A DNA stretch of 64,000 bases from an uncultured delta proteobacterium (GTDB lineage Bacteria; Desulfobacterota; Binatia; UBA9968). This document shows positions 56,019 to 64,000 of the stretch, in pieces. Each line of letters opens with the position of its first letter. Position 1 is the first letter of the stretch. Location of the stretch: positions 75,635 to 139,634 of the forward strand of contig CAVTUQ010000027.1 of assembly GCA_963737905.1 (NCBI GenBank). The letters are read 5' to 3'. A program made the translations under genes and the position numbers. The notes under the pieces were generated by a model that was not told the DNA's origin, did no database searches, and saw only the letters and a program-made list of their open reading frames with translations.

Positions 56019-56762
56019 CTAAGGAGAAGCGGTTTGATTCAAGTTGTGCTTGCTAAGTCTTCGGCGTAGCTGCCAGATTCCCAATCCGCTAATCACCACC
56101 AGCGCTGCCACCAGCGCAAAACTTCCCATACCCGGATTTCGGACGGCATCGTCCATTTGATAAGCGAATAGATTGATCAAGAAAATTCCCGGCGCTAACC
56201 CAAGCAATGATCCGAGGACATACTGCCGAAAAGGTACCTGGAATGCGCCCGCGATCACGTTGACCGCCGTAAACGGCGCGACCGGGAGCAGCCGCATTGT
56301 CGCCACGGCAATGAGGCCTCCGCGACAGATTTGCCGTTCGACACGTGCCCATCTAGATCCGGTGAGCCGCCGGACTAGATCGCGTCCTAGATAATAACCA
56401 ACGGCGTACGTTGCGGCCGCCCCCAGAAAGCAGCCCGCGAACGAATAAACGGAACCCAATAGGGGTCCAAATACTAATGCCGTTGCTATTATCAGAGCCG
56501 TAATGGGGATCAGCAAAAGACTACCAATGAGATACGCTGAAAGAATGATCACCGGCAGCGCCGGACTATTTCGTATCGACAGAGCCCAGGCGGTAATTTG
56601 GTTGACATTGACCAGTTCAGCCAACGGCGTCCACTTCCATGCCGTCGCCATTCCCAAAAGCAGCAATAAGATCCCGCCTGCCAACCACATTAGTTTTCCA
56701 TTCTGACCATCGGTTTGTTTCTTTGTGGTGACCATCGGCAGCTCATTTGGGTTAGATATCAC
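56019..56762 (-). CDS. TVP38/TMEM64 (VTT/DedA superfamily) membrane protein
   Basis: FGPLLGSVYS..G, MRLLPVAPFTAVN, GSLLGLAPG. Confidence 0.88.
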   Translation of the reverse strand: MISNPNELPMVTTKKQTDGQNGKLMWLAGGILLLLLGMATAWKWTPLAELVNVNQITAWALSIRNSPALPVIILSAYLIGSLLLIPITALIIATALVFGPLLGSVYSFAGCFLGAAATYAVGYYLGRDLVRRLTGSRWARVERQICRGGLIAVATMRLLPVAPFTAVNVIAGAFQVPFRQYVLGSLLGLAPGIFLINLFAYQMDDAVRNPGMGSFALVAALVVISGLGIWQLRRRLSKHNLNQTASP

Positions 56763-56859
56763 GTCGTCATCTATTCGATATATTGAACACGACCGATTCC
56801 GAAAACTGTTCTTTTGGACAGATGTTTAAGGTATCTGACTGCAAACCATTCACCAGCGC

Positions 56860-56874
56860 GCAATGTTAATGCCA
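56860..56874 (-). promoter_or_regulatory. Sigma-54 (-24/-12) promoter
   Basis: Minus strand TGGCATTAACATTGC upstream of the VTT gene; a second GG-N10-GC at 56841-56855. Confidence 0.7.
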
Positions 56875-57040
56875 ATCCAAAGCAGTCTGGCCAAGCGAAA
56901 CAAAGAGCACCAAAATTCCGGCAAGAGCTGGCCGCATCAAACAAAATGGAAAACGAGATTGTTTGCATTTTACATACGGTTGTCTGGAGATTCGCGACAC
57001 ATTTAGCCTAGAATATTAGAAGCTCATTGGCTATGGTGCC

Positions 57041-57056
57041 GGGCATCAACTTTGCA
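57041..57056 (+). promoter_or_regulatory. Sigma-54 (-24/-12) promoter
   Basis: GGGCATCAACTTTGCA, GG-N10-GC, ~50 bp upstream of topoisomerase IB. Confidence 0.6.
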
Positions 57057-57105
57057 CAGCATAGCGTCGCTGACAGGATTAACGCATTAAAATCACAGGG
57101 GGCGT

Positions 57106-58263
57106 ATGTCGAAGCCGGCATCGGCACAATCGAGAACTAACACACAAACTTTACTCATGCCTAAAAGCCGTCGTAAAAGAAACCCGACCGTCTCCCGCAT
57201 TTCCTTCGCCGATCCAGCCAAATTGGCTAAGGCGTCACATCTTCGCTATGTGATGGATAATTCCCCGGGTTTCACACGGAAACGAAACCGCAACGGCTTT
57301 CGATACTTTGATACGCAAGGGCGGCTGATTCGTCAACTTGAGGATTTGCGTCGTTTCAAGTCTCTCGCAATCCCGCCCGCGTGGGAAAACGTATGGATCA
57401 GTCCAATGGCCGATAGTCACTTGCAGGCGACGGGACGAGACGCGAGAGGGCGCAAACAGCATCGCTATCACCCGCGCTGGCGTGAGGTAAGAGATCAGAC
57501 CAAATTTGACCGCATGTTTGCATTCGGACGAGTTTTGCCGCGCCTCCGCCGCCGGCTCAGCAGTGATTTAGCGCGTCCCGGTCTACCGCGTGACAAAGTG
57601 CTCGCGACGGTAGTAAAGCTCCTCGAAACAACATTTATCCGCGTCGGGAACGAAGAGTACGCGCGGCACAATCGATCGTTCGGATTAACCACGATGCAGA
57701 CCAGACACGTCAAAGTGACAGGGGCGAAAATTCGATTTGAATTTCGCGGCAAGAGTGGCAAGGCGTTTAATCTTGACCTTAACGATCGCCGCCTCGCTAA
57801 AATCGTCAATCACTGCCAAGACCTGCCCGGACAAGAGCTTTTTCAGTATGTTGACGAGGAAGGCCAGCACCGAAGCATTAGTTCGAGCGATGTAAACGAT
57901 TATTTACGAGAGGTAACTCGAGAGGACTTTAGCGCTAAAGATTTTCGGACATGGGCAGGCACCGTCCTTGCGGCTAGAGCCCTTCGAGAGATCAAGCGCT
58001 TCGACTCAATGACTCACGCCAAGCGCAATATTGTGACCGCGATTGAAATGGTCGCCAAGAAGCTGGGCAATACCCGCAGTGTCTGTCGAAAGTGTTATAT
58101 CCATCCAGCGGTGATTGATTCCTATCTCGACGGCTCGTTATTGAGCCAAAAAGCAGATCGCGGGACGGCGAACTCGCTCGGCAAACTAAGTCACGATGAG
58201 TCGACCGTGCTGGCGATTCTCGAGCAGCAATCGAAAGTCGAGGGGAAGCGAAAGGCCGCTTAG
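57106..58263 (+). CDS. Bacterial DNA topoisomerase IB
   Basis: IPPAW..VWI, QATGRD.RGRKQ.RYH, IRVGNEEY, GLTT, FRGKSG, KDFRTWAGT, LGNTRSVCRKCYIHP. Confidence 0.95.
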   Translation: MSKPASAQSRTNTQTLLMPKSRRKRNPTVSRISFADPAKLAKASHLRYVMDNSPGFTRKRNRNGFRYFDTQGRLIRQLEDLRRFKSLAIPPAWENVWISPMADSHLQATGRDARGRKQHRYHPRWREVRDQTKFDRMFAFGRVLPRLRRRLSSDLARPGLPRDKVLATVVKLLETTFIRVGNEEYARHNRSFGLTTMQTRHVKVTGAKIRFEFRGKSGKAFNLDLNDRRLAKIVNHCQDLPGQELFQYVDEEGQHRSISSSDVNDYLREVTREDFSAKDFRTWAGTVLAARALREIKRFDSMTHAKRNIVTAIEMVAKKLGNTRSVCRKCYIHPAVIDSYLDGSLLSQKADRGTANSLGKLSHDESTVLAILEQQSKVEGKRKAA

Positions 58264-58291
58264 ACGCGCATGGTGAGTTTTTGAATGTATT

Positions 58292-58870
58292 TTACAATTC
58301 ATCACGGACCCGGCGACGGGGTAATGGCTTATCGCTCTTGGCAAAATCAGCTCTGGCCTCTCCGGTCGAGGATACGTCCTCGGCGCCGGTTTCTTCCAGA
58401 ATGGTCTTCGCTCTGTGAGTCCATTTCGAGTCGTCGCAATGGACTGAGATCAGAACCCCACCTTTTCTAATTCTGCCTTCGTATCGCTTCGCCTCGTATT
58501 CAGGAATGCCGAGTCCAATCAGACTTCCCGTGATCCCGCCAACAACACCCCCGGCGCCGACACCGGCAAGGGCCGCCACGATCGGACCGGCTGCGATGAA
58601 CGGACCAATCCCCGGGATAGCGATGGCCCCTATACCTATGAGCCATCCCAGAGCACCGCCGATCACTGCGCCGGTGCCGGCGCCTGCTGAAGCTCCTTCG
58701 GGAGCTTTGGTTGCTTTTTCATGGCCAAAATCCTTGGTTCCCTCATTATCAGGGTAAAGTGCCGAAATATCTTCTGGACGAAAGTTGGCTTCGCGGAGAG
58801 CCGCCAGTCCTTCTTCCAAAGCTATTCGGTTGGGATAAATACCAAACGCAGCCGTGTTCTTGCCTGCCAT
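58292..58870 (-). CDS. General-stress/glycine-zipper membrane protein (DUF3341/17M-like)
   Basis: TKAPEGA..G...GG.LG.L.GIG.IAIPG.GPFIAAGP, GIPEYEAKRYEGR; GGAGG RBS. Confidence 0.8.
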   Translation of the reverse strand: MAGKNTAAFGIYPNRIALEEGLAALREANFRPEDISALYPDNEGTKDFGHEKATKAPEGASAGAGTGAVIGGALGWLIGIGAIAIPGIGPFIAAGPIVAALAGVGAGGVVGGITGSLIGLGIPEYEAKRYEGRIRKGGVLISVHCDDSKWTHRAKTILEETGAEDVSSTGEARADFAKSDKPLPRRRVRDEL

Positions 58871-58904
58871 AAATACCTCCAAAAATTACTGTAAGAAAAA
58901 TTGA

Positions 58905-58919
58905 GCAAGTGACATGCCA
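58905..58919 (-). promoter_or_regulatory. Sigma-54 (-24/-12) promoter
   Basis: Minus strand TGGCATGTCACTTGC, 35 bp upstream of the ATG. Confidence 0.8.
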
Positions 58920-59039
58920 GCGAGAAAATGAAATATTCCTCGAGCCCCAGCAATGGGTTTCGTATTTTTTCTAGTACATTTCCTCGGCGGGCAAACGGGT
59001 TTTAGCTACACTGTTATTCAATAGGAAGTATAAAATATA

Positions 59040-59068
59040 CGGAAGGCGGGTATTTCACCCGCCTTCCG
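59040..59068 (-). terminator. Terminator hairpin after the peptidoglycan-binding protein gene
   Basis: Perfect 12-bp stem CGGAAGGCGGGT/ACCCGCCTTCCG; minus strand continues TATATTTTA. Confidence 0.65.
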
Positions 59069-59167
59069 CACCGGCTAACGTGCCGGCGCCAGCCGTCTTT
59101 TACAGTGGCTCGTCTCCGGTGAGCCGCGCACTGTAAATTTGAACGCAACTCTCGCTTCAGTTAATTA

Positions 59168-59660
59168 TTAATTCCGCGTGTCAGGGGAAAGGGCCTGATC
59201 ATCGCCTGGTTTCGTCATGTGGGAATCAGACCGCGATCCGCTCTGTCCTGACATCCCGCTGCTTGAACGGTTCCGTTGCGAAGTCCCCGATTTGGAGATT
59301 CTCACGTCTAGCTTGTCGGCAGTTCGTTGATCAATCGTGCCGGTTATTGGAAGGCCACTATCCTTTTGAAAGGAGCGAATAGCCTTGCGCGCGGTATCAT
59401 CCGCTACTCCATCGACGCGACCTACTTGATACCCTTTCGTTTTCAACGCTTCCTCGACAGCTTTCATGTCTTTTTTTGACAACTCGGGGGTTCCTCCCTG
59501 GTGGATCCCAGGAATATCCTCGTCACACGCCAGGTCGAGTCAAATTGGGATCCGGTTGGCGAGTTTCCCCGGGAGCTTCCTGTGACCACGCCGGAGTAGA
59601 GGCTAATCCGACCGCGCCACTCAGAATAATTGCTCCTATCATCGATTTTCTTTTTTTCAT
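59168..59660 (-). CDS. Exported peptidoglycan-binding domain protein; frameshift near 59525
   Basis: Signal peptide MKKRKSMIGAIILSGAVGLASTPAWSQ; PG_binding_1 motif VEEALKTKGY..G.VDG......AIRSFQKDSGLPITG.ID. Confidence 0.75.
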
Positions 59661-59699
59661 TTCTCCTCCTTTCTGTTGCGTCCTAATATCGAGTAAATC

Positions 59700-59714
59700 G
59701 CAAGTGCCATGCCA
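59700..59714 (-). promoter_or_regulatory. Sigma-54 (-24/-12) promoter
   Basis: Minus strand TGGCATGGCACTTGC, 40 bp upstream of the ATG. Confidence 0.8.
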
Positions 59715-60231
59715 GCTTTTTTCGCGGAAAAACGGACACAAAAAAATTGATGAATGCGCGGAGTGCGGGAATTCCTTCACACGTTGTTTTTTTCCCTACA
59801 ACTGCAATCCTCGAAAAAACGAATCACAACCGCGCACGATATTTGGCATGCGAGCAAATATGCCTGGCCGTGACCAGGACCATGGATGAAGCGGACGCCA
59901 GACGAATTGCCTCTACCGGTAAACTTTCATGATCATCGTGATCAGATTGGGTACCAATTTCTCAATTAGCGCAGCCTCGATCATTGCCAAGACGCAAACT
60001 GCTTCAGTGCTGAGAATGTCGTGCCAGCGTGTCTCGTAAACTTGCTATTCGATGTCTCGGTGATACGTTGGACTCAGTCTCCAAAACAACATCTCTAGTC
60101 TATCCAGGCCGCGGAAAGACTCTGATCAGACAACGCTAACGCGAACGTTCACCGTAGCCGATCCGCAGTCTTGGACGTTGGGTCGTGATCGTACAGAACA
60201 GAACTGTCCAAAATGAAAGGAGGAAGACTCG

Positions 60232-62307
60232 ATGAAACCGAATACTTATCTTAAGGGCCGCTTTAGCCGCAATTTCGGTTCGCTGCGCGTCAATGCCATT
60301 TCAATCTCGATTGCGCTGCCCGCGGCTCTGCTGCTGGCGGCATCGGTTTCCGCCAGGGCCGCTGAAAATTCTCCGGAGCCCGCGTCGCCGCAGACGATGG
60401 CATCGAGCGATGCCGCCACACCCACAAAAATAACCAGTGGGCTTTCCGAAGCCGAGATTCTCATCCGCATCCAGCAGATTATTGCTCAGGACCAGAGGCG
60501 GCTGCGTGCCTTGGAATCTCGCAGCGAACAGTTGGCACGCGAGTTTGAGGCTGCCTCGAAACGCTTTAACCGTCTCGATACGGAACTCAAGGCGGCCCGC
60601 AAGTCTGAGAAGGCGCCGGCTGAGATCACGGCACTTGAGGGAAGGTGGGCGCTTACTCGCAACGAGCTCGATCCGCTCTTCCAGCGGCGTCAGGCCATAG
60701 ACCAGCAAATCCAGATCCTACAACGGAAAATCGAGAAGCAGAAGGAGGCGCTCGATTGGATCACCTCGGGTCAGGTGCCATCGTCGCTCGCCGCGCCAGC
60801 GACGCCGCCTCCCACTTCGAAGCCTGCTGAGGCGGCTGCACCTGGGTCGTCGCCCAAGACGTCGCTTCCAGTACCACCTGCGCTCGAGGCCATCGCACCC
60901 AAGGAGAGCGAGTCCTCGCCCAATAAGCCGGCCGCGCCCGAGATGTATGACCGACGCGTTGCCGATGCCGAGCGCGAACTCCAGAAGCGCGAGCAGAAAC
61001 TACGCCTTGCCGAGCGTGGGGCGCGCCTGGTCGAGGAGCTGACCTCACTGAATCAGGACGATCTGGCGCAGGCGCGGGCTCTGGCCGAGGCCTCGCGCAA
61101 CCAGCAGGAGCTTCTCGACAAGCAGGTGCCCAAGCTGGAAAGCGAGCTCAAGCAGCTGCCTAAGCAGGCGCCGGCTCGGGAGCGGGCCGCGTTGGAGGGA
61201 CGAATCGCTGAGACGCACCGTCTCGCCGCCGAGGCGGCAGCGACGGCCGCGGATGACGCTAAGGAAGTTGCCGCTCTCGAGTCACGCGTCAAGAATCTAG
61301 ACACGTTCCGCGTGTCCCAAGCCAAGCGCGTTTCGGAGGCGGAGAGCGACGTCGAGTCGGCGCGTCGGCGCGTGGAGTTCTTGCAGAGCCCGCTGGCGCC
61401 GCACCGTATCTGGCGATGGCTCCTCAACGCGGCGCCCCGCGTCGCGGCTGTCCTGGGGGTGCTAGCCCTGCTTTGGGCCGCTGCCCGCTGGCTCACGCAC
61501 ACCGTGGTGCATCGGATGGTGAGCCTTGGTCGCCATGGCTTGGACGAGGGCCGTGTCGAGAGGATCGAGACGCTCCGCCGCGTTTTGCAAAGCGTCATTA
61601 CGATCGGATTTATCATAGTGGGTACACTGGCAGTGCTGCCGGAGTTCGGGGTGGATGTCACGGTGCTCGTCGGAGGCGCCGCCGTCTTCTCCTTGGCTAT
61701 CGCGTTTGGCGCCCAAAACCTGGTTAAGGACTATTTCTCCGGATTCATGATCCTGATGGAGGACCAGTACCGCGTGGGGAACGTGATTCAGATCAACGAC
61801 AAGAGCGGGGTTGTCGAGGACATCAGCCTGCGAATGACCACCCTGCGGGACCTCGAAGGTATCGCCCACTTCGTCCCTCACAGTCAAATCACCACCGTCA
61901 GCAACCTTACCCACGGCTGGTCGCGGGTGATGCTAGATATCGGCGTGGCCTACAAGGAGGATGTCGACCATGTCATGAAGGTCCTGATGGAACTGGCGCG
62001 CGAGATGCGCAAAGAACCGCAGTTCGGGCCGTTGATCTTGGACGAGCCCGAGATGCTGGGTGTCGACGCCTTCGCCGACTCCGCCGTGGTGATCAAGTTC
62101 ATTGTGCGCACGCGCCCGCTCAAACAGTGGATCGTCAAGCGCGAACTTCTGCGCCGCATTAAGAACCGTTTCGACGAGCTCGACATCGAGATACCCTTTC
62201 CGCACCGCACCTTGTACCACCGGGGCCTTGAGGGACCGCTCTCGGTGCAGCTCTCGAATGGTGCGGACGAGTCTGCCCATCAGGGGGACGACGGCGAACG
62301 ACGGTGA
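60232..62307 (+). CDS. MscS-family mechanosensitive channel with a long periplasmic coiled-coil N-terminus
   Basis: Signal peptide, coiled coil, AIAFGAQNLVKDYFSG, QYRVG.VI, GVVEDISLR.T.LRD..G..HFVP, IEIPFP. Confidence 0.9.
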   Translation: MKPNTYLKGRFSRNFGSLRVNAISISIALPAALLLAASVSARAAENSPEPASPQTMASSDAATPTKITSGLSEAEILIRIQQIIAQDQRRLRALESRSEQLAREFEAASKRFNRLDTELKAARKSEKAPAEITALEGRWALTRNELDPLFQRRQAIDQQIQILQRKIEKQKEALDWITSGQVPSSLAAPATPPPTSKPAEAAAPGSSPKTSLPVPPALEAIAPKESESSPNKPAAPEMYDRRVADAERELQKREQKLRLAERGARLVEELTSLNQDDLAQARALAEASRNQQELLDKQVPKLESELKQLPKQAPARERAALEGRIAETHRLAAEAAATAADDAKEVAALESRVKNLDTFRVSQAKRVSEAESDVESARRRVEFLQSPLAPHRIWRWLLNAAPRVAAVLGVLALLWAAARWLTHTVVHRMVSLGRHGLDEGRVERIETLRRVLQSVITIGFIIVGTLAVLPEFGVDVTVLVGGAAVFSLAIAFGAQNLVKDYFSGFMILMEDQYRVGNVIQINDKSGVVEDISLRMTTLRDLEGIAHFVPHSQITTVSNLTHGWSRVMLDIGVAYKEDVDHVMKVLMELAREMRKEPQFGPLILDEPEMLGVDAFADSAVVIKFIVRTRPLKQWIVKRELLRRIKNRFDELDIEIPFPHRTLYHRGLEGPLSVQLSNGADESAHQGDDGERR

Positions 62308-62454
62308 GATCGGTGAAGTCGGAAGCGCAAGGATTTCACCATAAAAATTGTCGCCATTGACGATTCTTGAAACGCCCGGTAAGTTGAAACGACTGTCGAG
62401 CAGCGGTTTTTTCGCTTTCCCGAGCTGCAATCGTATGTTCGTCGGATTCATGCG

Positions 62455-63401
62455 ATGAAATCGTTTTCGAAACTTTCCATCGTAACCATTCGAGAGAAAC
62501 TTTCCGATCAACGTGTTTCGGCACAGATGCTCAACCAGTTGAGGCGGGATCCGCGCCGGGGTGTACAACGGTTTTATGAGACTTTCAAGAAGCGCTACGA
62601 AAAGGAGCGCACGGAACGCCTTCGGCTTGACGCCATGCTCAATTTCGAGCGCGTTCTCTGGAAGTCCGGTTGCCGCTATATCGCTGGTGTCGACGAGGTC
62701 GGAGTAGGTCCGCTGGCAGGGCCCGTAGTCGCAGCGGCCGCGGTATTTCCGCCTACCATCGCGCTGTCTGGTGTGGACGACTCCAAACGCCTAACAGCGG
62801 AAGAGCGAGAAGCCCTCACCCTAGAGATAAAAAAGGAATGTCTTGGTATCGGGATCGCGTAGCCGAAGTTGGTGAGATTGATAAGCTCAATATTTACCAC
62901 GCCGCTCTCCTTGCCATGCAGCGGGCCGTCGAGGCACTTCCTGTCAGCCCAGACCATGTTCTGGTGGATGCCCGAACGATTCCCGGTCTGCCCATTCCGC
63001 AGAATTCCTTTAACAAGGGGGACGGTATCAATTTTTCGATTGCCGCCGCCTCGATCATTGCCAAGACGCATCGCGACCAGCTGATGAGAGATCTTGACGA
63101 CGCCTATCCGGGTTACGGATTCGCCAAACACAAGGGCTACGGTACGGTCGAGCATCAAGCAGCGATTCGCCGCCTCGGTCCTTGTCCGATGCACCGCATG
63201 TCGTATCCGTTTATAAGAGAGCTCTGCGGCGATTTCTCACCGCGGTTTTACTCCCTCAAGCACCAGCTCGAGGTATCAAGATCGGCAGAAAGACTGCGCC
63301 GGTTCGAAGAGGTTTTGAAGAAGGACTGGCCCCATCTAAATGAAAAAGAGCAGCGAAAATTACGGCTGATGCTGCTCCGGCGGTGGAAAACGGTGGCGTA
63401 A
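62455..63401 (+). CDS. rnhB: Ribonuclease HII; frameshift near 62855
   Basis: [24 protein letters not shown]; second frame KGD....[23 protein letters not shown]. Confidence 0.92.
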
Positions 63402-63598
63402 CGCTCATTCTCCGTTATCAACAGCTGTCGATCATGCTCAGCGATCTGTCGTGTCAACACGCCCAATAACTTCCCACATCACTTAACTTCCTATCACTTG
63501 CCGTTTCCAAAAAACCTCAGACAAATCATTCTTGGAACAAATCATTCTTGGATAAGTAAATTCGGACAAGTCGCGCAGCTATCAATGGGTCAAGCAAT

Positions 63599-63939
63599 TT
63601 ATTTTATTGCCATGCGGTACGTTGTCCCGAGGACGAGAGCTGCCAATCCACCCCCGACAAGAAGAAGCCCTACGGGCGGCGCTAGGATCGAAAGTCCAGC
63701 GCCAATGATTATTACAAAAGCGCCTAAGGCAATGAGGTTCAGGGGCCGTTTCGCCGCCGTGTTACTTTCAACATCAGGGACCGTTTGTACCGTTTCTTCT
63801 TGAATGAGATCAGTCGCCATCTGACGTAGCTCTTCCCTTCTTCAGGTCGAGCCTTCTCGATCACTTCACCGATCTCATGCACCAAGCGTTCGACATCACG
63901 GTCAATCGCCGGTTTATCAACCGTGGTTGTGGCTTCCAT
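63599..63939 (-). CDS. Small membrane protein (two C-terminal TM helices); frameshift near 63835
   Basis: GGAGG RBS, MEATTT...ARPEE joined to EELRQMATDLIQEE...LIALGAFVIIIGAGL. Confidence 0.55.
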
Positions 63940-64000
63940 AATGAGTCCTCCGTGTTCTGACTTTCCCAGAATGCTCGCGCGTCGCACGCGGTAATTGAGC

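Noticed and set aside
59559-59577. Partial resemblance to the tRNA 3' end as a third att site
   Set aside because: Several mismatches and inside a coding sequence
62455-63401. rnhB appearing as two genes
   Set aside because: One missing base at ATCGCGTAGCC restores GIGVAEV; treated as a sequencing indel

Overview
Bacterial chromosomal window with a GC-rich backbone. Gene content suggests a deltaproteobacterial/Binatota-like organism; this is an inference only. Positions 1-45.3 kb are mostly housekeeping genes: rpmA-obgE-proBA-nadD-rsfS-gpmI, an ArsR-methyltransferase regulator with metH, an NMT1-type ABC importer, purMN, mgtE, a DegQ-like protease, tatA, a KimA-like APC transporter, an AsmA-like gene, typA, a heterodimeric ABC exporter, htpX and a transglutaminase-ABC operon. 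At 45464 a tRNA-Asn(GTT) is the integration site of a ~6.3-kb AT-richer element bounded by a 10-bp direct repeat GGGGAGCCAG (45531 and 51860). The element carries the 3' end of a large serine recombinase whose reading frame runs through the att core, an AbiE toxin-antitoxin pair with a 25-bp inverted-repeat operator, a broken Rep_trans rolling-circle initiator, an RHH-like regulator, a Rep_trans/MOBT-type nick hairpin, and a three-gene candidate anti-phage cassette (PD-(D/E)XK nuclease, DUF5343-like protein, HEPN/DUF4145-like protein). A second recombinase 3' remnant lies just beyond the right repeat, so this tRNA looks like a repeatedly used hotspot. A stress-type cluster follows (VTT proteins, topoisomerase IB, general-stress protein, peptidoglycan-binding protein, large MscS) with four sigma-54-type promoters. 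Intergenic heptamer (GTTCAAG-type) inverted arrays recur. Many short frameshifts in core genes (purM, rnhB and others) point to assembly indel errors. All family assignments come from motif recognition by eye; no database searches were run.
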